From: Antedon mediterranea
Taxonomy: Eukaryota; Animalia; Echinodermata
Direction: 5' to 3'
Assembly (NCBI RefSeq): GCF_964355755.1
Contig: NC_092675.1
Location: forward strand, 6,877,812 to 6,941,811
Length of the DNA: 64,000 nucleotides
Shown: positions 25,072-39,038 of the stretch, one piece after another
Numbering within the stretch: the first letter of the stretch is position 1
Layout: every line of letters starts with the position of its first letter
The notes under the pieces: model-generated
The model's database searches: none
What the model was told of the DNA's origin: nothing
The model's input: only the letters and a program-made list of their open reading frames with translations
Made by a program: the position numbers and the translations under genes

Positions 25072-25172
25072 AACGTCCTGGCATGCGCACAAATAACTAC
25101 ACCACTAATTCCCAGATCCTAGATTACTCCATATCAAAAGCTTCCTTTTCTAGCCCATGCTAACTGATATGT

Positions 25173-28100
25173 TTAAGTTGGCGGAACAATATATGTTTTA
25201 CCAGTCTTATAGCAATATTCCTCAACTTCGGAACTGTCTTCCATAATAACACAGGAACCACCTGCGTAATGATACCCTGTACAGGATGCTATTCCCAGAC
25301 AAGCGTTTGCACAGTAAAGCAGACTACGACTTCGAAACTCCTTTACTCCTCCCCTAAGACAGGCATCGTCACCATTGACCAACTTGAAGGTTTTGGATTG
25401 AGGAACGGCTGACGTAAATAAAAACAATATGATGGTTATGGCATAGTATAATACAAATGCTGTAGTCAACTGGTATTTGGTTTCGAAGAAAACAAACTGT
25501 TATAATTTTTCTTTGCGACAAAAGGAAAGATCTACAAAACCGAAGAAGTTTAAAAAGATATTGGGTTGGAAAAGGATGGATGAAGTAAGGAGGTAAAGGG
25601 ACAACCTTCGGATAAAAGAGAAGAAAAAAAACGAAGATACATGGAAGATATTATGAGAGACAATGGCTGTAAGAGTTGCCATGAAGGGAGGAAGATCAAA
25701 ACGAAGATACTAGGGAGGTATTATGACGAACAATGACTGTAAGAGTTGCCATGAAGAGAGGAAAATCAAAACGAAGATACTAGGGAGGCATTATGACGAA
25801 CAATGGTTGTAAGAGTTGAGATGTAGATCAAGGTCAAAACTATAGTAAGTGAAAAAGAAAGAATGGAGAGAACAGAGAAGTATGTAAGAAGTAAACAATT
25901 GAATTCAGTAGAAGAGACAGATAACTTACGAATGCAACGAAAGCCGTCAGAATGAATAGTGTACAGTGGAGGATTACAACCACAGTAGTATCCAGTACCG
26001 TTACGGACACAAAATCCTCGCTCATCATCACAACGGTTTAATGTCGAGTTAGCACAAATGTCAAAATCTGTTGAAGAAAATAATATGCAGCAGGTTAACT
26101 TATTTACAAGGTTGATCTGGACATGGCGAATATGGAAGATAGAATCCTAGAGTCCGTTCGTGTAATGTTTTTTTTAAGTTGGCTAAATGATAAAAAAATA
26201 ATTCAGATTAACAACCTAAACATGTGAAACCATCTGAATCCAGCGTATAGCCTTGTAAACATGCGCACGTGTAGTCACCACCATTTGACATACATTGTCC
26301 ATACGTGTCATCACAGTTATTGAGGGTGGAATTTGAACAAGCATTGACTAAAAATAAACATAATAAATTCACTCTTATTAGTTCTACTACAAAAACATAC
26401 GTGGAAGTTTAACGTACTAGAGTCATGCTAAAAATCATATTCGTCAGTTTTTGAGTACGCGTCAAATGTGTTTTCATGATGCTACTAAGAGAAATTGAAT
26501 TAAAATTTAGGCAGTTCCAAAATTGGTTATGAATTGTCATCTTAAATTTAAGAAAAGTTAATAAGCATCATGATAAATGCGTTCGTTCGTTTGCGCGCGC
26601 AACGCACGTTAGTTGACCAATCACAAGTGATAGTTCGGATGATCACTCACTTCGTGGTTGGTCAAATTACTTGCGTTGCGCCTACTTGCCTCCGTTGCGT
26701 TTTAGTTGGAAGTAAACTTCTATCCTGCTCTAGACCTTAACTTACTTAAGCAGGTGTGGTTATCGTTTTGCAAAATGTAGTTGGTATCACATCCGCATTT
26801 ATAACTGATGTCCGTGTCTGTAGGAGTGCAGTATCCATGTTGCTGATCACAGTTATTCAGAGCCGAATCGAAGCATAGATCAACTTTAAAATATCAGAAA
26901 AAAGGTAAGAATAATCACAAACGTCAAGGTTACCTCAGAAGCAATGATGTAGTAATAGAAACGAATGCTTATTCACATCATACGGTACATTTACTTATTT
27001 ATTGGTTCAATCAAAATATCAATTTAAGCAACCAAAAGTAAAAAAAACAATCTGGAACCGTCATTTTAGTCCAAAAAAGGAAAAATCAAACGGAATAATC
27101 CTACTGTATATAGGACTCTAAATGGAATTGGTGGTGATATTAGTAACGTTTTAGTGAGTTATGGTTGTAATGCTAATAGTGGTACATCAATACAATGTTT
27201 GGCGGTAGCTTTAGTACTGTATTGGTAGTACCGGTACGGATGTCATACCTGTACAAGACTCTCCATCAGTTTTAAGAGTGTAACCAGAGTTACACCCGCA
27301 GTAGTAATTAGTACCATTATTGTTGCATACACCATTTGTGACGTCACAAGTATTTCCAAGAGCACAAATATCAGGTTCTAAAAGAAAAAATATCCTGTAA
27401 TGATAACTAATTTTGTAATAAGGTATTACAGTCATATACCAAGGTTAACGTACAGTAATATAAATTATTATTTATACATCAGCTTCTGCTACGGATATCT
27501 AGCTGCAAATGCCTGCTTATACTAGGACTATAATGAACGACGATAAATAGATATACGTTTTCCTTACAGAAATCAAAATAAATTAAAAAGGTTTTCATAT
27601 TAGAACTAAAGGATATCCATTGATACTGTATTCAATCAAAATGATTTTTGGTATACACACCTGAGCCAAACACTTGTACTTCACATAGCTGGACAGGTGA
27701 ATCCGTATTAGTGACCCTCAAATACCTGCCACTGACTGCCGAGCATGACCTTTCAATCTTTGGATTTGCGTAAATATCATCATTTAAGCTAAAAGGTGTA
27801 CCGCATTGAATGCATGAAGAGTTGTTTGAACCAGTACAAATATTTACGACGGCTGATGCTAGCTGTTCTCTTGAACCATCTACGACAAATTGAGAAATTC
27901 GAAACTATTCTTTGTACTGAACAACTTTACAATACAGCATGATTATCGTCTGGAAACAAAAAGCCACAGCCATGTTAAATAATGGATAAACAAAAATAAA
28001 TGAATGGAAATTAAAACAAAGAGAAAAAATTGTATTTGAGCCGCGGCATAAAGATGAGATGGACATCAAAAGTTGGCTCCAGTTGAAAACACAATGTACC

Positions 28101-28969
28101 AAGAAAAGACTTGAAATGAAAACGAAGTTTGTATACAAATTAACATATATTTTTACCTGCCCTATTGTAAACTCTTATAGTTGTGACGGAGTACAATCTC
28201 CCCAAATCCACCATCCACCAATTAAAACTGTTACCCTCTGTGAACAGAAATTACTAATACATGAACACTCCATCCACATTTATTGATACTTATACACATA
28301 TTTTTATATTTTCCCTTTGATGTTTAGTTGCAAGGTGTTCAGTATAAAGAAAGACATCGCTTTCTCTTACCTGTTAACGAGCATGAACCGCGTGTCAAAT
28401 CGGTATCAAAATTACCGTCAATTGCTCGACTTGCGACATTACCGTCCACTGTTGTGCTCTGTGATGCTACCAGTCCGTCTAATATCTCCTCGTCTAATAA
28501 CAAAATAAAACAAATTTGGTTGAAAAGATTATTACTAAATGGTATCGGTACCAGATCCAATAGATATCTGTCTCCAATAGATATCTGTCTTATTACTATT
28601 TCATCTAAGCACCACTCACAATATATTTCAACTAAGCATTGAGCTACTAGGCATACATATACAAACGTTTAAGATTGTTGAGTTCGTCCTATGAAATGCA
28701 GGCTTTTTACCATGAGGAAGATAACACTAAAAGAAGGTTTATTAAAAAAATGTCCAAACAATATTGTCTGAGCTGGTTTGCTACATGGAAATGTCCTACC
28801 TACATAACATTTAAATAGATAAACAGCTGTTTCTGTCCAAACAATGTATGTGTGTTTCAACATGAAAAGGTCTACACGAACAAATATGAATTTGTAATGT
28901 CTTACCTTGAGACGCTACCCCACCACTGTAGAATAGTATAACAACGAAAATACTGAACATTTTAAACAT
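25173..28969 (-). CDS. Secreted protein: signal peptide + F-type lectin domain + 4 EGF-like + PAN/apple domain (copy B, 419 aa)
   Basis: Exons 28969-28906, 28493-28371, 28237-28157, 27879-27661, 27377-27249, 26883-26746, 26347-26216, 26067-25930 and 25408-25173. Same phases as copy A, with a 6-bp in-frame insertion in exon 6. Confidence 0.88.
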
Positions 28970-29769
28970 TATTATTAACAGATAATATATACGTCTTAAG
29001 TCACTGAAGATTAATTAGAAGATGCATCAACTTTAGGTAAAAGGAGATGACACCCTAACCCACATGAAGTTTACAAATTGATTTCGAGGTGTTTTCCATA
29101 TTCCATATACAATTGGCAGACCAACGCTGTTTACATTTGACTTGCAAATGCAGTATATTTTCATTTATGTAAATTGTTGACGTGTGGGGGCTAACAATTA
29201 TATTGTATCGACATGAAAAACAACACAACAACTTACTTGGTACTTTAAGAATAATACACAAGTTTTAGACTCTTAATTTAAAAATATTAAGTTGTATAGT
29301 TGTATTGGTATTAACATTAACATGGTATCTTTATTCTCTACTTACTATTTGGTGTTGAACGGTTATTAAATGAAACTGTAAAACACCTTATAGTAATATG
29401 CGTGCAAAGCATGAACAAAAGTGCTTGATACAGAGATAAATAATATTATTATTATACATTAAATATACACACATAGAAGAAACTCTACAAACTTGTATTG
29501 ACTTTTTAAAATATATAAAAATCAGTTTAATTAATCAAACATTGAAGAACACACTTTAAACGGGAAAAGTGTTCTGTTAAACTATTTCAAGCATAAAAGA
29601 CCACATGTACATCATGATGTACATCATTGTAAATTGTCAACACACACTGTGCTACAGACAGTGTACCGTGTGTTAAAAGTACAGCATTTATAGCAGACAG
29701 CAACGTGTATAACTTTCTATAGTTTTACAGATAGCACCTGTGGACAGTAGCAGAATCGGGTGAAAAGAC

Positions 29770-30135
29770 ACTAAACTTTACTCTCAAACGAAGAAAATTA
29801 TGAAAAAAAAGAAGATCATTTTTACAAACATTTGTGTTAAGTTATATTTTAAGCAAAGAGAATGTAAAACCTACTCTCAAACGGAGGAAAGTGTTGAAAA
29901 AGGATTATTTTTACAAACATCCGTGTTAAGCTTTATCAAGCATAGAGAAACTAAACCTATAGGCCTACTCTCAAACGGAGAAAATTCTAAAAAACGGGAT
30001 AATTTTTACAAACATTTGTGTTAAGTTATTTTAAGCATGGAGAAACTAAATCTATTCTGTCAAACGGATAAAATTCTAAAAAAAGGATCATTTTTACAAA
30101 CATTTGTGTAGAGAGAAACTTAACCCTATACTTTC
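29770..30135. repeat. ~85-90 bp tandem repeat, about 4 copies
   Basis: Recurring ACTCTCAAACGGAGAAAATT...GGATCATTTTTACAAACATTTGTGTTAAGTT. Confidence 0.8.
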
Positions 30136-30378
30136 AATGGCGGTGATTTTACCAATAAGAATTGTCAGATAATAGAATATCTACTATATGAATAGTTTTT
30201 CTAGTGTTGTCGTTGCCAGGAACAACAGTCAAGGTTGAACAAAAATGCATTATATAATTATCATAACAATGTACAATAACTGACATTTATTCACCGGAGT
30301 AAACAGTCGAATGACACATTATAATTAATTTTTAACAAGTATATAACCGTGTTGGTATTTCTCTCCGGAAAAGTGTTA

Positions 30379-31785
30379 ATGGCGTTGGATTCCGAATTTA
30401 TAAATCGTTTAAAATACGACAGTATTTCGAAAGAGCAGCGCTTTAAAGCTACAAAGAGAGGTATTGACAGTTACAGACAACTGGAACGTTTAGCTGAACG
30501 ACAGTGGCGCTCATGTTTAGGAGTTTCTGGTGCAGACGGTAAGACAAAACCTGGGACATTGAAAACTCAGGACGATAAAACGAATCAGATAGACTTAAAC
30601 TTAGGGGAAAGAAAGGAAATAGATCCACTTAAATGTACTGTCAATCAATCAGACGTGGAGGAGGAGTTTCAGAACAATTGTTTGCCACAAATGGTGACTA
30701 AAATTATTGATCAAAACGAAGAAAGAGACAATGGCAATGATACCTGTATTTCCAGAAATTTGGCTCAGAATACTAGCATGGAAACAGCATTAAATGCTCC
30801 GTCCAAGGAATTAGGAATAAGACATTACAGGCTCAAACCACTTAAAATCAGCAGAACGCGCCAACTCAGCACTTTTGGTAGAAATACTTGCAATGGACAT
30901 GACTCTGATACACAATCAAGTGGTGTCACCACTTTCAGGAGGACAAGGCGACTTGCAACTTCAAATTTCAGCAATAATAATGGTACTGTAGAGTATTCAC
31001 AACAATTGAAACTTCGACAACTGCAGAAGCAGCAGAATGAATACAAGAGAATGATGCATTCTGCTGAGGTTGATGATGATATTACAACTTCTTCAACGAC
31101 TTTCCTTCGACAGAAGACAGCGCTGTTACTTCGAAAGGTAGACACATTGCTCAAAGACCCGCATTCTAAAATAAAAACGCCAATATTTGAATATCAGGGG
31201 ACTAGTGTGAAAGAAGTGCGGACATCATCGCTGAGTGAAGATGATATATCCACTACCAGAGGCGGAGGCCTAATTGTAAAGGCAAAACCAAGAAGCCAAA
31301 ACTGTACTACAAAGAGTACACACACTGACGGTAAATTCATACATTCCATGACTATAAAACACTATAATAATTTATACAATTTAACCATAGACCTACACAA
31401 AACATTCTTTGTAAGAGGTAATTTCTTTTTTCTTGATTTGATTAATAAATGTTTTGTGTTTGGTAGGCCTAATCTATTTTAAAGATCAACAAACAAATAC
31501 AAGATTTACTTGTCTTTAAATTTAAATTACAGAAACGTATAACATATCTACTGTTTTATGCTGCATATAGTATTGTTAAGATCATTTTTTTCTATACATT
31601 TCCTTTTAAAGTAAAAGGTGCCAGTATGTGTCAGTTTCAATAAGTGGATGTTGATTTCAATGTCTATATTTTCTGCAGGACACAACGATCAAGATATTCG
31701 TTTGGTGCTTAAAAGTCTTTCTGTTCAACGTATCGACATACACGATAAATGCAGGACTTGGTTGGAAGTAAATCCTGTCAATTAA
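30379..31785 (+). CDS. Uncharacterised protein (~352 aa, 2 coding exons)
   Basis: ATG at 30379, exon 30379-31330 (G|GTAAAT), exon 31679-31785 (CTGCAG|GA) continuing in frame to ...IHDKCRTWLEVNPVN*. Long ORF in AT-rich DNA with no recognised domain. Confidence 0.7.
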
Positions 31786-31984
31786 ACCCTAGATAAAATA
31801 CACCTGGATTCATGCTGATCATGCACGGACTGATGTTCATCTAAATATTTTCTTTAAACCATTCCATTTTTTAGTTAAGTTGTTTTTTCTTCTTATTTTG
31901 TATTTTCGGAAATCGCCCACTTGCTCGACGCATTTAGCCATAACCTCGACAATGGTTCGTGTCTCACTAGCTCCATGGTAGAAC

Positions 31985-32110
31985 AAGTCTTCTCGTATAA
32001 GGACTATAAACCGTAGGTCCAGTGTACACATCTGGCTCGTGTGCACTTTAAAGAACCTAGTTAGTACATCTTTCGAGCAAGTATGGGTTATCCCGCTGTA
32101 CTAGTTCACT
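31985..32110 (+). mobile_element. Nin/Deu-domain SINE fragment (second family)
   Basis: AAGTCTTCTCGTATAAGGACTATAAACCGTAGGTCC...GCACTTTAAAGAACC. Similar copy at 34720-34850. Confidence 0.6.
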
Positions 32111-33322
32111 GTCACAAAATATGTCGCATATATATATACACTGGCCCCTCTGAAAAAACAGTTATAGACTGAAGAGGCTACCCAGTGTAAAGAATAAATA
32201 AATAAAATAAATTAAATACCTTTTTCAATATCTCATTGTCAAGTTTTATTCAAGGTAGGCCTTTGGGACCCACTATTCAGGGGAAAAGAACAAGAGGATT
32301 ATAAGTTGTAATACTACGGTCAACCACGATCCGATTCGATGGGTGTCCACTTAACAGGGGTGTACAGTACTGTATATTTATGTAATTTATTCTCATATCA
32401 TATTTTATTGTACAGTATGTACATTTTATTTTATTTGGATTATGAATATTTCTTTAATAATACGTTTCCTTCAAAGCACCAGACCAGAGTGCTCTTCCGT
32501 AATATTTCCTATCCAGGAATCCACATCCACCAGTAACTTAGTTATTAGTTAAATTTCTTTTTCGAATTAAACATGGTGATACAACACTTGATATTCCAAT
32601 GTAATAATTATTTATTGCAACACATTGACAAATTATTTACATTAATTAAAAATGAATACAACAAAAACTGTACTTTGTAGCTTGTTGTAATGAAACTAAA
32701 TATAACCTGTAAAAATAACATAAAAGTTTGTTACTATTTATTCAAAATATGAAAGTACACGGTTTTATTTGTTTATCACACTAGGTCTATAATAAGGTAT
32801 GTTTGAATACATCTTGTGGTTTGAACGCCTTTAGGGCACAAAAGTCGTTTGAGAATTTAGTAGTACGTTCATTATGAATGCTATTAGTAATCAAACAAAG
32901 GAAATAATAAACTATATAAAGATATTATATTAGAGTTTTTGAAGTTTCTTTACTACAGCTGGGATTCAACTTGCTTATACCACTCACTGTATTATATAAA
33001 TCATATTCAATCTCAATGTTGTATTAGAGTGAATATGAATATATATGTTGTAAATTAGTTTACACTAAAATGAAACCTGTAACACCAGCTTTTTACGAAG
33101 ATATGCTATTTTAATATTTTGCCCGCCATCGTGTAAAGGCCCATAAAAGAGCCCCCCCCCCACCCCCCATGGGGTTACAGATTGGGCAACAACGTTTTTC
33201 TGGTTTATTTTGACCCACTAAAGATATTTAGACAAGTTGCCAACTTTCATCACAAATTGCACACAGGACTTTTTTATGACGTCTTTAAACCTGACTAGAA
33301 GTCAAGATACTTAAGAAGTGCA

Positions 33323-33600
33323 TAAAGCCTGGTTTCCATTAAAATCGCTACAGCGTTTCCATTAAAATCGCTACACGCGCAGATGTCGCCGACGCAATCG
33401 GGAAGGCTCCCCGATTCATCGCAGTCAAATCGGCAAAGTTCAACCATGTTCAACTTTGCCGATTTTGTCAGCGATGAATCGTATACGCGTACCAAAGAAT
33501 ATTTAGCGCTCGATCGCGTACTAGATCCCCGATAAATTCTAGCGTTTCCATAGAATCGCTACGCTCTGTCGTGTAGCAATTTTATGGAAACCAGGCTTTA
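33323..33600. mobile_element. PIF/Harbinger-like MITE
   Basis: TAAAGCCTGGTTTCCAT...ATGGAAACCAGGCTTTA terminal inverted repeats. Confidence 0.8.
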
Positions 33601-33940
33601 GTGAAAAACCCGAGTTCTTTTTATCTATTTATCAACCTAAGATTTTGCACAACAAAACATGTAAAAATATTTGCTTTAGGTTATTTTGAAAACTGCCTGA
33701 AGCTAAATCATTGACTTAATTTGTTGCCAAGTTTTATAAATCTGACCCATGTGACACCAACCAACTGATAAAGACCACGCCAAAAAATTGTCTTTAAATT
33801 GAGGTACCTGCATTGATCAGTTTCAGCTCAATATTGTGTTTACTAATAAGTGATAAAAAATAAAAATTAAGCACCACCATCATACAAAAGGAAGAATTAT
33901 AGTATTTAACATCAATCTGAATATATTTCAATGGCAAGTC

Positions 33941-36900
33941 TCATGTTTCTGTACTAGTCTTTACTTGATGTCTTAGTCGTTGTGATGAAAGAGTCCGTCG
34001 TACAAGAGGTTTGGCTGACGAGGGTGGGGATGGCCTAGCCGAAGATGGCGGGGAAGGCCTAGCTGATGATGGCGGGGAAGGCCTAGTCAATGATGGTGGT
34101 TGTGAAGGCCTAGCAGAAGATGGTATGGACGGTGTATTACAGTGGTTTGTCAAATGTCTTTTATTGGCTGAACCTGGAGGACTAGGCCCAGTGATGCGTG
34201 ACTCTGCACTTGCTTGCTTAGTGACATCTTGTTTTGCTGGGTTTCTTAACAAGCTGCTGGAAGATATTCTGTCAGAATTACACGCTAAAGATGGTGGTGA
34301 TGGTCGCCCTGCTGGCTTCAATGGCTTCAACTTTTTCCTATAATTAAGACAAAGTTTAATAATAAAATGTGAATATTAAAATTAACTTATCGCCACTACA
34401 TTGGGAACAGACGATTTAAGCAGAATGCCGTAGATGAAATGCAACCATATCAAATACTGAACAGCACAGATTGGTCAGGAGGGATCAAGGCCCAGCCACT
34501 TAATAATAAACCTAATCTACTTAATATGAAGTATAATTTATAAATACCAATTTACACAATAATTGATATGGATGTTGAATGGAAGGAAACAAGAAAAGTT
34601 AAAACAATTTAATAATAGATAATTATAACAAATGTTGAATAATTCATTGTGAACTACCGGATGTCATTGGAAACCAGGTAAAAATTCTGAGAAAATGCAC
34701 ACAAGGTGTGTATTATATTAAAAGTCTTCTCGGATAAGGACTATAAATCGTAGGTCCACATCCAGTATATGCATATTGCCCGTTTGCACTTTAAAGAGTA
34801 CTTTTGAGAAGAGTAGGGGGTTACCCCAGTTTACTAGTTAACATACACTGTCGTGGACAGATGTAATGACACCGTAGTTGGCTGCCGATGACACGATGTG
34901 ATCCTTAGGGAAGAAGAATGTTGTTGAAAAGGTGTACACAACTATATAGTTTTCGTAGGTACAGATAGGTGGAAACACTATTGTTGGAAGGGAATTTTCT
35001 TACATTGCCTCTGTTTTGTTATATTTTAGCACCATTATGGTTGGGCAATGTATGCAACTTCAAATACAGCTTCTGATCATCCAGTGGTTCAAATTTTAAA
35101 TTTATATTTCTTTCTCGTTTCTATTGAAGAACGCACTCTTATTCTGTTGAATTGCTAATATAGACCATCAAATTAAAGCTTAGGATAAGAGACAATAAGT
35201 AAAGAAAGGTTGCATACTTTGGTGAGCTTGGGAGATTCTTTGGATCTGTCTTTAACATAGCAGTGTTACTCCTACTGATCTCTACATTTTGCTGAAGTCT
35301 GTTTTTTTCCTCTTGCAGTTCTAAAAAAAAAATTACAGTTATTACAAAATGCAAACAAGTTATTTGTCATTGAGGTTAAATTTATAAAGTTATTAATATA
35401 CAATTTACTTTAGTGATCGGTTGAAAGAGTTTGTATTTGTTACTTGAACGTTGAAAAATGGGTTACTATTTGAATGTAAAATGACATTTAAAAAATTGTA
35501 AAAACTATTTGTTAAATATGTATTATATGAATACGAATACGAATAGAACTTTATTGCAATCGAAAGATTGAAGTTTAACAAAAGCGTTTCACTCAGAAAA
35601 ATAAAATGCAATATCAAAATATAAAAAACATTTAGAAAGGTAGTACTGTACAAACAATCAAAATATTAAAACAAAATTTCAAATAAATATTAGTTATCAT
35701 AAAAACTATATATATACATTCATAAAGTTAAAAACAAGTTTAACTGAAAACATCCAAAAATTGATATAGGCCTGCAGTATAAAAATTTAAAAATTTATAA
35801 AAATTTAAAAAAATCTTAAAAATTATTATGACTAAACTGTAAACAATTTGAGATTGTGACGGGTAAATAGTGCATGATTAAGAACTAACACGTATGGTGC
35901 ACCATCTAAATACTACTACTCTATATTTCGCTGCCAAAATCTGAGCACTGCCTTTTTACATGGTCTAACTTTTGACATTCAAATTAAATATAAGTTTACT
36001 TTAGAAAAATATGTGTGTTATAAAACAAACATATCAATTACTTAACAATTTGCAAAGTCAAAAGGTTAGAAACTATTTTTATTTTCCTTCTGTTTGTTTA
36101 AATTTAATATACAGTAATTCTGTGTATAACATCAATTTTCTGGCTAAACTACGGGCCTCACTGTGTCCAAATAGTACTATTAAAACTTTCACCTGATAAT
36201 GTAGGCTCTCTTGTAAAGGGAATTGAAGATTGACATCTAAAATCTTTTTCTTCTTCTAAACAACTTTGTAAAAATCGTATGTCATTTAGCAGTCTGGCTG
36301 TCTCGTCTGCTAATGAAGATCTAAAAGAACACAAATGTTGTACTTCGTACTTAATTTAAACTTCATAAAACAACGTCTTCATTTATTTTTAAAATGTTAT
36401 AAAATAAAGCCTTTTTTCAGAAGGGTTGGGTGTAAGAAATAAGAAAAAAAAGTTACTGTACCTTAATTCCTGGACAACCTGATCAATTTTGAAAACATTA
36501 AGATGGTCTTTGACAGCATCAACCTGATCACTGACATTAGAAGAAGCTGAAAGACTAAAGAGAAACAAGGATTTAAAATTTAAATTTAAATACTATGGTT
36601 AGTTTTAAAAGGTAAAAAATAGTGTCACAAAGACTGGAAATGAATAGCAGCTAGAGGCAGAAAACTAAACAAGAACAATATTCAATTTTTAAGTGTTTAA
36701 GATTCATTTCAAATAGTTACCTTTTTGTAAATATGTGTGTACTAATGTTAATTACTTAGTTGTCTTTGAATTATTTTTATTATATTGTTTTAGTAATTTC
36801 ACTATTATTGATAAATTAAACGTATTCGTTTTTTTAAAAATTACTAAAACAAATTGTTGTTCACGATCACTAAAATCACATTATAGTTCACGTAAAGGCC

Positions 36901-39038
36901 TTCAATAGGGAGGTTTCGCAACCTTACGAATACGATAACGAAAACGGATACGTCACGCACACGTATTCGTTTTTCGTAAGCCAGTAAAAATCTGTTTCAC
37001 ATGGCATATTGAGGGCGCCGTCCAAAATATGACTGCGGTGAATTTGAGCGAAGCGCAGGTGGTACGTGTTGCTTAGTGCTTGGCTGCCTAGGCCTAGCGT
37101 AACATCAAAGCGAGTGAGGACTTTAAAAACTGCTATTTATCAAAATTGACTTGGAATTTTAGTAAATTACTTTAGTAAATTACTTTCAATAAATCTATAA
37201 TTATATTATAATCATGAATCATTCCTGATTCAAATGCAAAATGTGCAAATAGATCAAAACTATACTCGTTTTGTAGTTACGAATATGACTGGTGATATTC
37301 GTCAACACGAATACGCTTTACGAATATGAAATGGGGATCAGCTCAAAAGTTTCACAAATGTTTGACGTATACGTTTTCGTTATCGTATTCGTAAGGTTGC
37401 GAAACCTCCCTAGTGTTTCTCTACTGAACCACTTTTGAAATCAATGCTTTAGCACTGAAAGTGTCATATATTTATATATTCCGTCATATATAAGGACAGA
37501 ATAAATAAAATAAATTTCACCATTTTAGGCCCGAGCCGCTATTTCAAAATACTGGATCCGCCACTGTTAAGAGGATGTATACAATGACATCAGGAATACA
37601 AGTTAGAAGACAATTACCTTCTTGTTAGATTACCTAATTTAAACTGATAAAACTGAACTGAATTTAAGTTTACTAGTCAGTTACAATGTATGCTCTAGAA
37701 TGATTAGTGGCAGATGAAGGAAATAATGGCACAACACATACGCATGTCATAATGATAAAGTGCCTTACTAATCACCATCACTAGAGGGCGTCATGCGCAT
37801 TGGGGTTTCTCTTCCATCACGACTACTACAAGCTGTCTGTGGACGTCTAAGCTCAATATCAGGGGTTTCTAGAAAACAAACATTTAAAATAAAAATAATA
37901 AACTGAATTTATAAATAATCTCTAAAAAGCTACAGTGCTACCACTGATTGGTTAACTTGGATCTAAAATGAAACTCAAACATTATCTTTTAAATGCAAAT
38001 TGAAAATTAAAAACTATTATATAATCTTGAAGCTTTCGATTTGAGATGACCTATGACCTAATTATCATGCACATTGTGTCATTGGTTGTCGTCAGATGTA
38101 TACCGACAAAGTATTATTCACACAATGTACACATACCTCTGTTATCATCTTCCAATACATACTGTAGCACATCACTATTTAATACTGACAAATTGCAATT
38201 TGAATCCCTGTTAGATAAGAAAAAATACTCAAGTTAAGTGTTTGTCAGAATGTGACCATCATGAAATAAGCAAAATAGACAGTTACAGTTAAAAAAGTTA
38301 AAATACTCAATTATAAGAATCCTACCGGCAGCCGTCCTTTGACCGTTCTCGGATGCTTTCAACCAGCAAAAGAATATGATTCTTAAGTCCTTCTCGTATC
38401 ATTGGAGGCTCTGGTAAGGAACTCCGTATTGGCTCGTTAACAGCTTCACTTTCTGATCTATATTCTTGCCATATTTGTAGAAGTGCCTCAATCTGGATTG
38501 AGAAAAAAATGATCAAGGTTTTTATTTAAATTGCATTTTTTTTTATCAAAACAAATCATAAAAGGACTATAAGAGTGAAATATCAGAACCAGTTGTTGAG
38601 GAGGGCATTAACATTGTTGGAACTTCTGTTTAATATTAATGTTGTCATATTTATATAGTGCTTAAAACAATCAACAGATTGTTCCAAAGCACTTATACAA
38701 AAAAAGGGATTAAAAGAGGTAACATATTGGTTTACAAAGAACTAAAAAGATGTGTTTTTAAATGAGTTCAGATAGAATTGAGAAGATTGTTCCACAGTTT
38801 AGGAGCTGCAACTAAAAATGCTCGATCACCATACATCTTCAGGTGCGACCAAGTGAAAAAAAAGTACAATTGTCAAACCAAAACTTACCTCTGCATGTAA
38901 TTCTAATGTCTGATCTACCTCAGATTCTCCTAAAATATTTTTTATTTCATTTTGCTGTTCTGTGGAAACATTTTCTTCCACAAGTCTCCAAAGTGAGAGT
39001 GGTATTTCAAAGGCCTCAAGATTGGCACCGTCTAACAT
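33941..39038 (-). CDS. CCDC24: Coiled-coil domain-containing protein 24
   Basis: Exons 39038-38889, 38492-38326, 38207-38137, 37868-37769, 36554-36462, 36320-36193, 35320-35218 and 34337-33941 join in frame. Motifs SLWRLVEE..EIKNILGE..VDQTLELHAE, LNVFKIDQVVQELR, FLQSCLEEE and EPTLSEL match my recollection of CCDC24. The tail is Pro/Ser-rich. Confidence 0.82.
36906..37412. mobile_element. MITE with ~47-bp TIRs (ISL2EU/PIF-like) in a CCDC24 intron
   Basis: TAGGGAGGTTTCGCAACCTTACGAATACGATAACGAAAACG...CGTTTTCGTTATCGTATTCGTAAGGTTGCGAAACCTCCCTA. Confidence 0.85.
38650..38850 (-). mobile_element. L2-like LINE 3' fragment in a CCDC24 intron
   Basis: The minus strand reads GDRAFLVAAPKLWNNL, a typical L2 RT C-terminus. 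Confidence 0.6.

Noticed and set aside
34011-34343. Gly-rich + strand ORF (ADEGGDGL repeats)
   Set aside because: It is antisense to the RPSPPSS repeats of the CCDC24 last exon.
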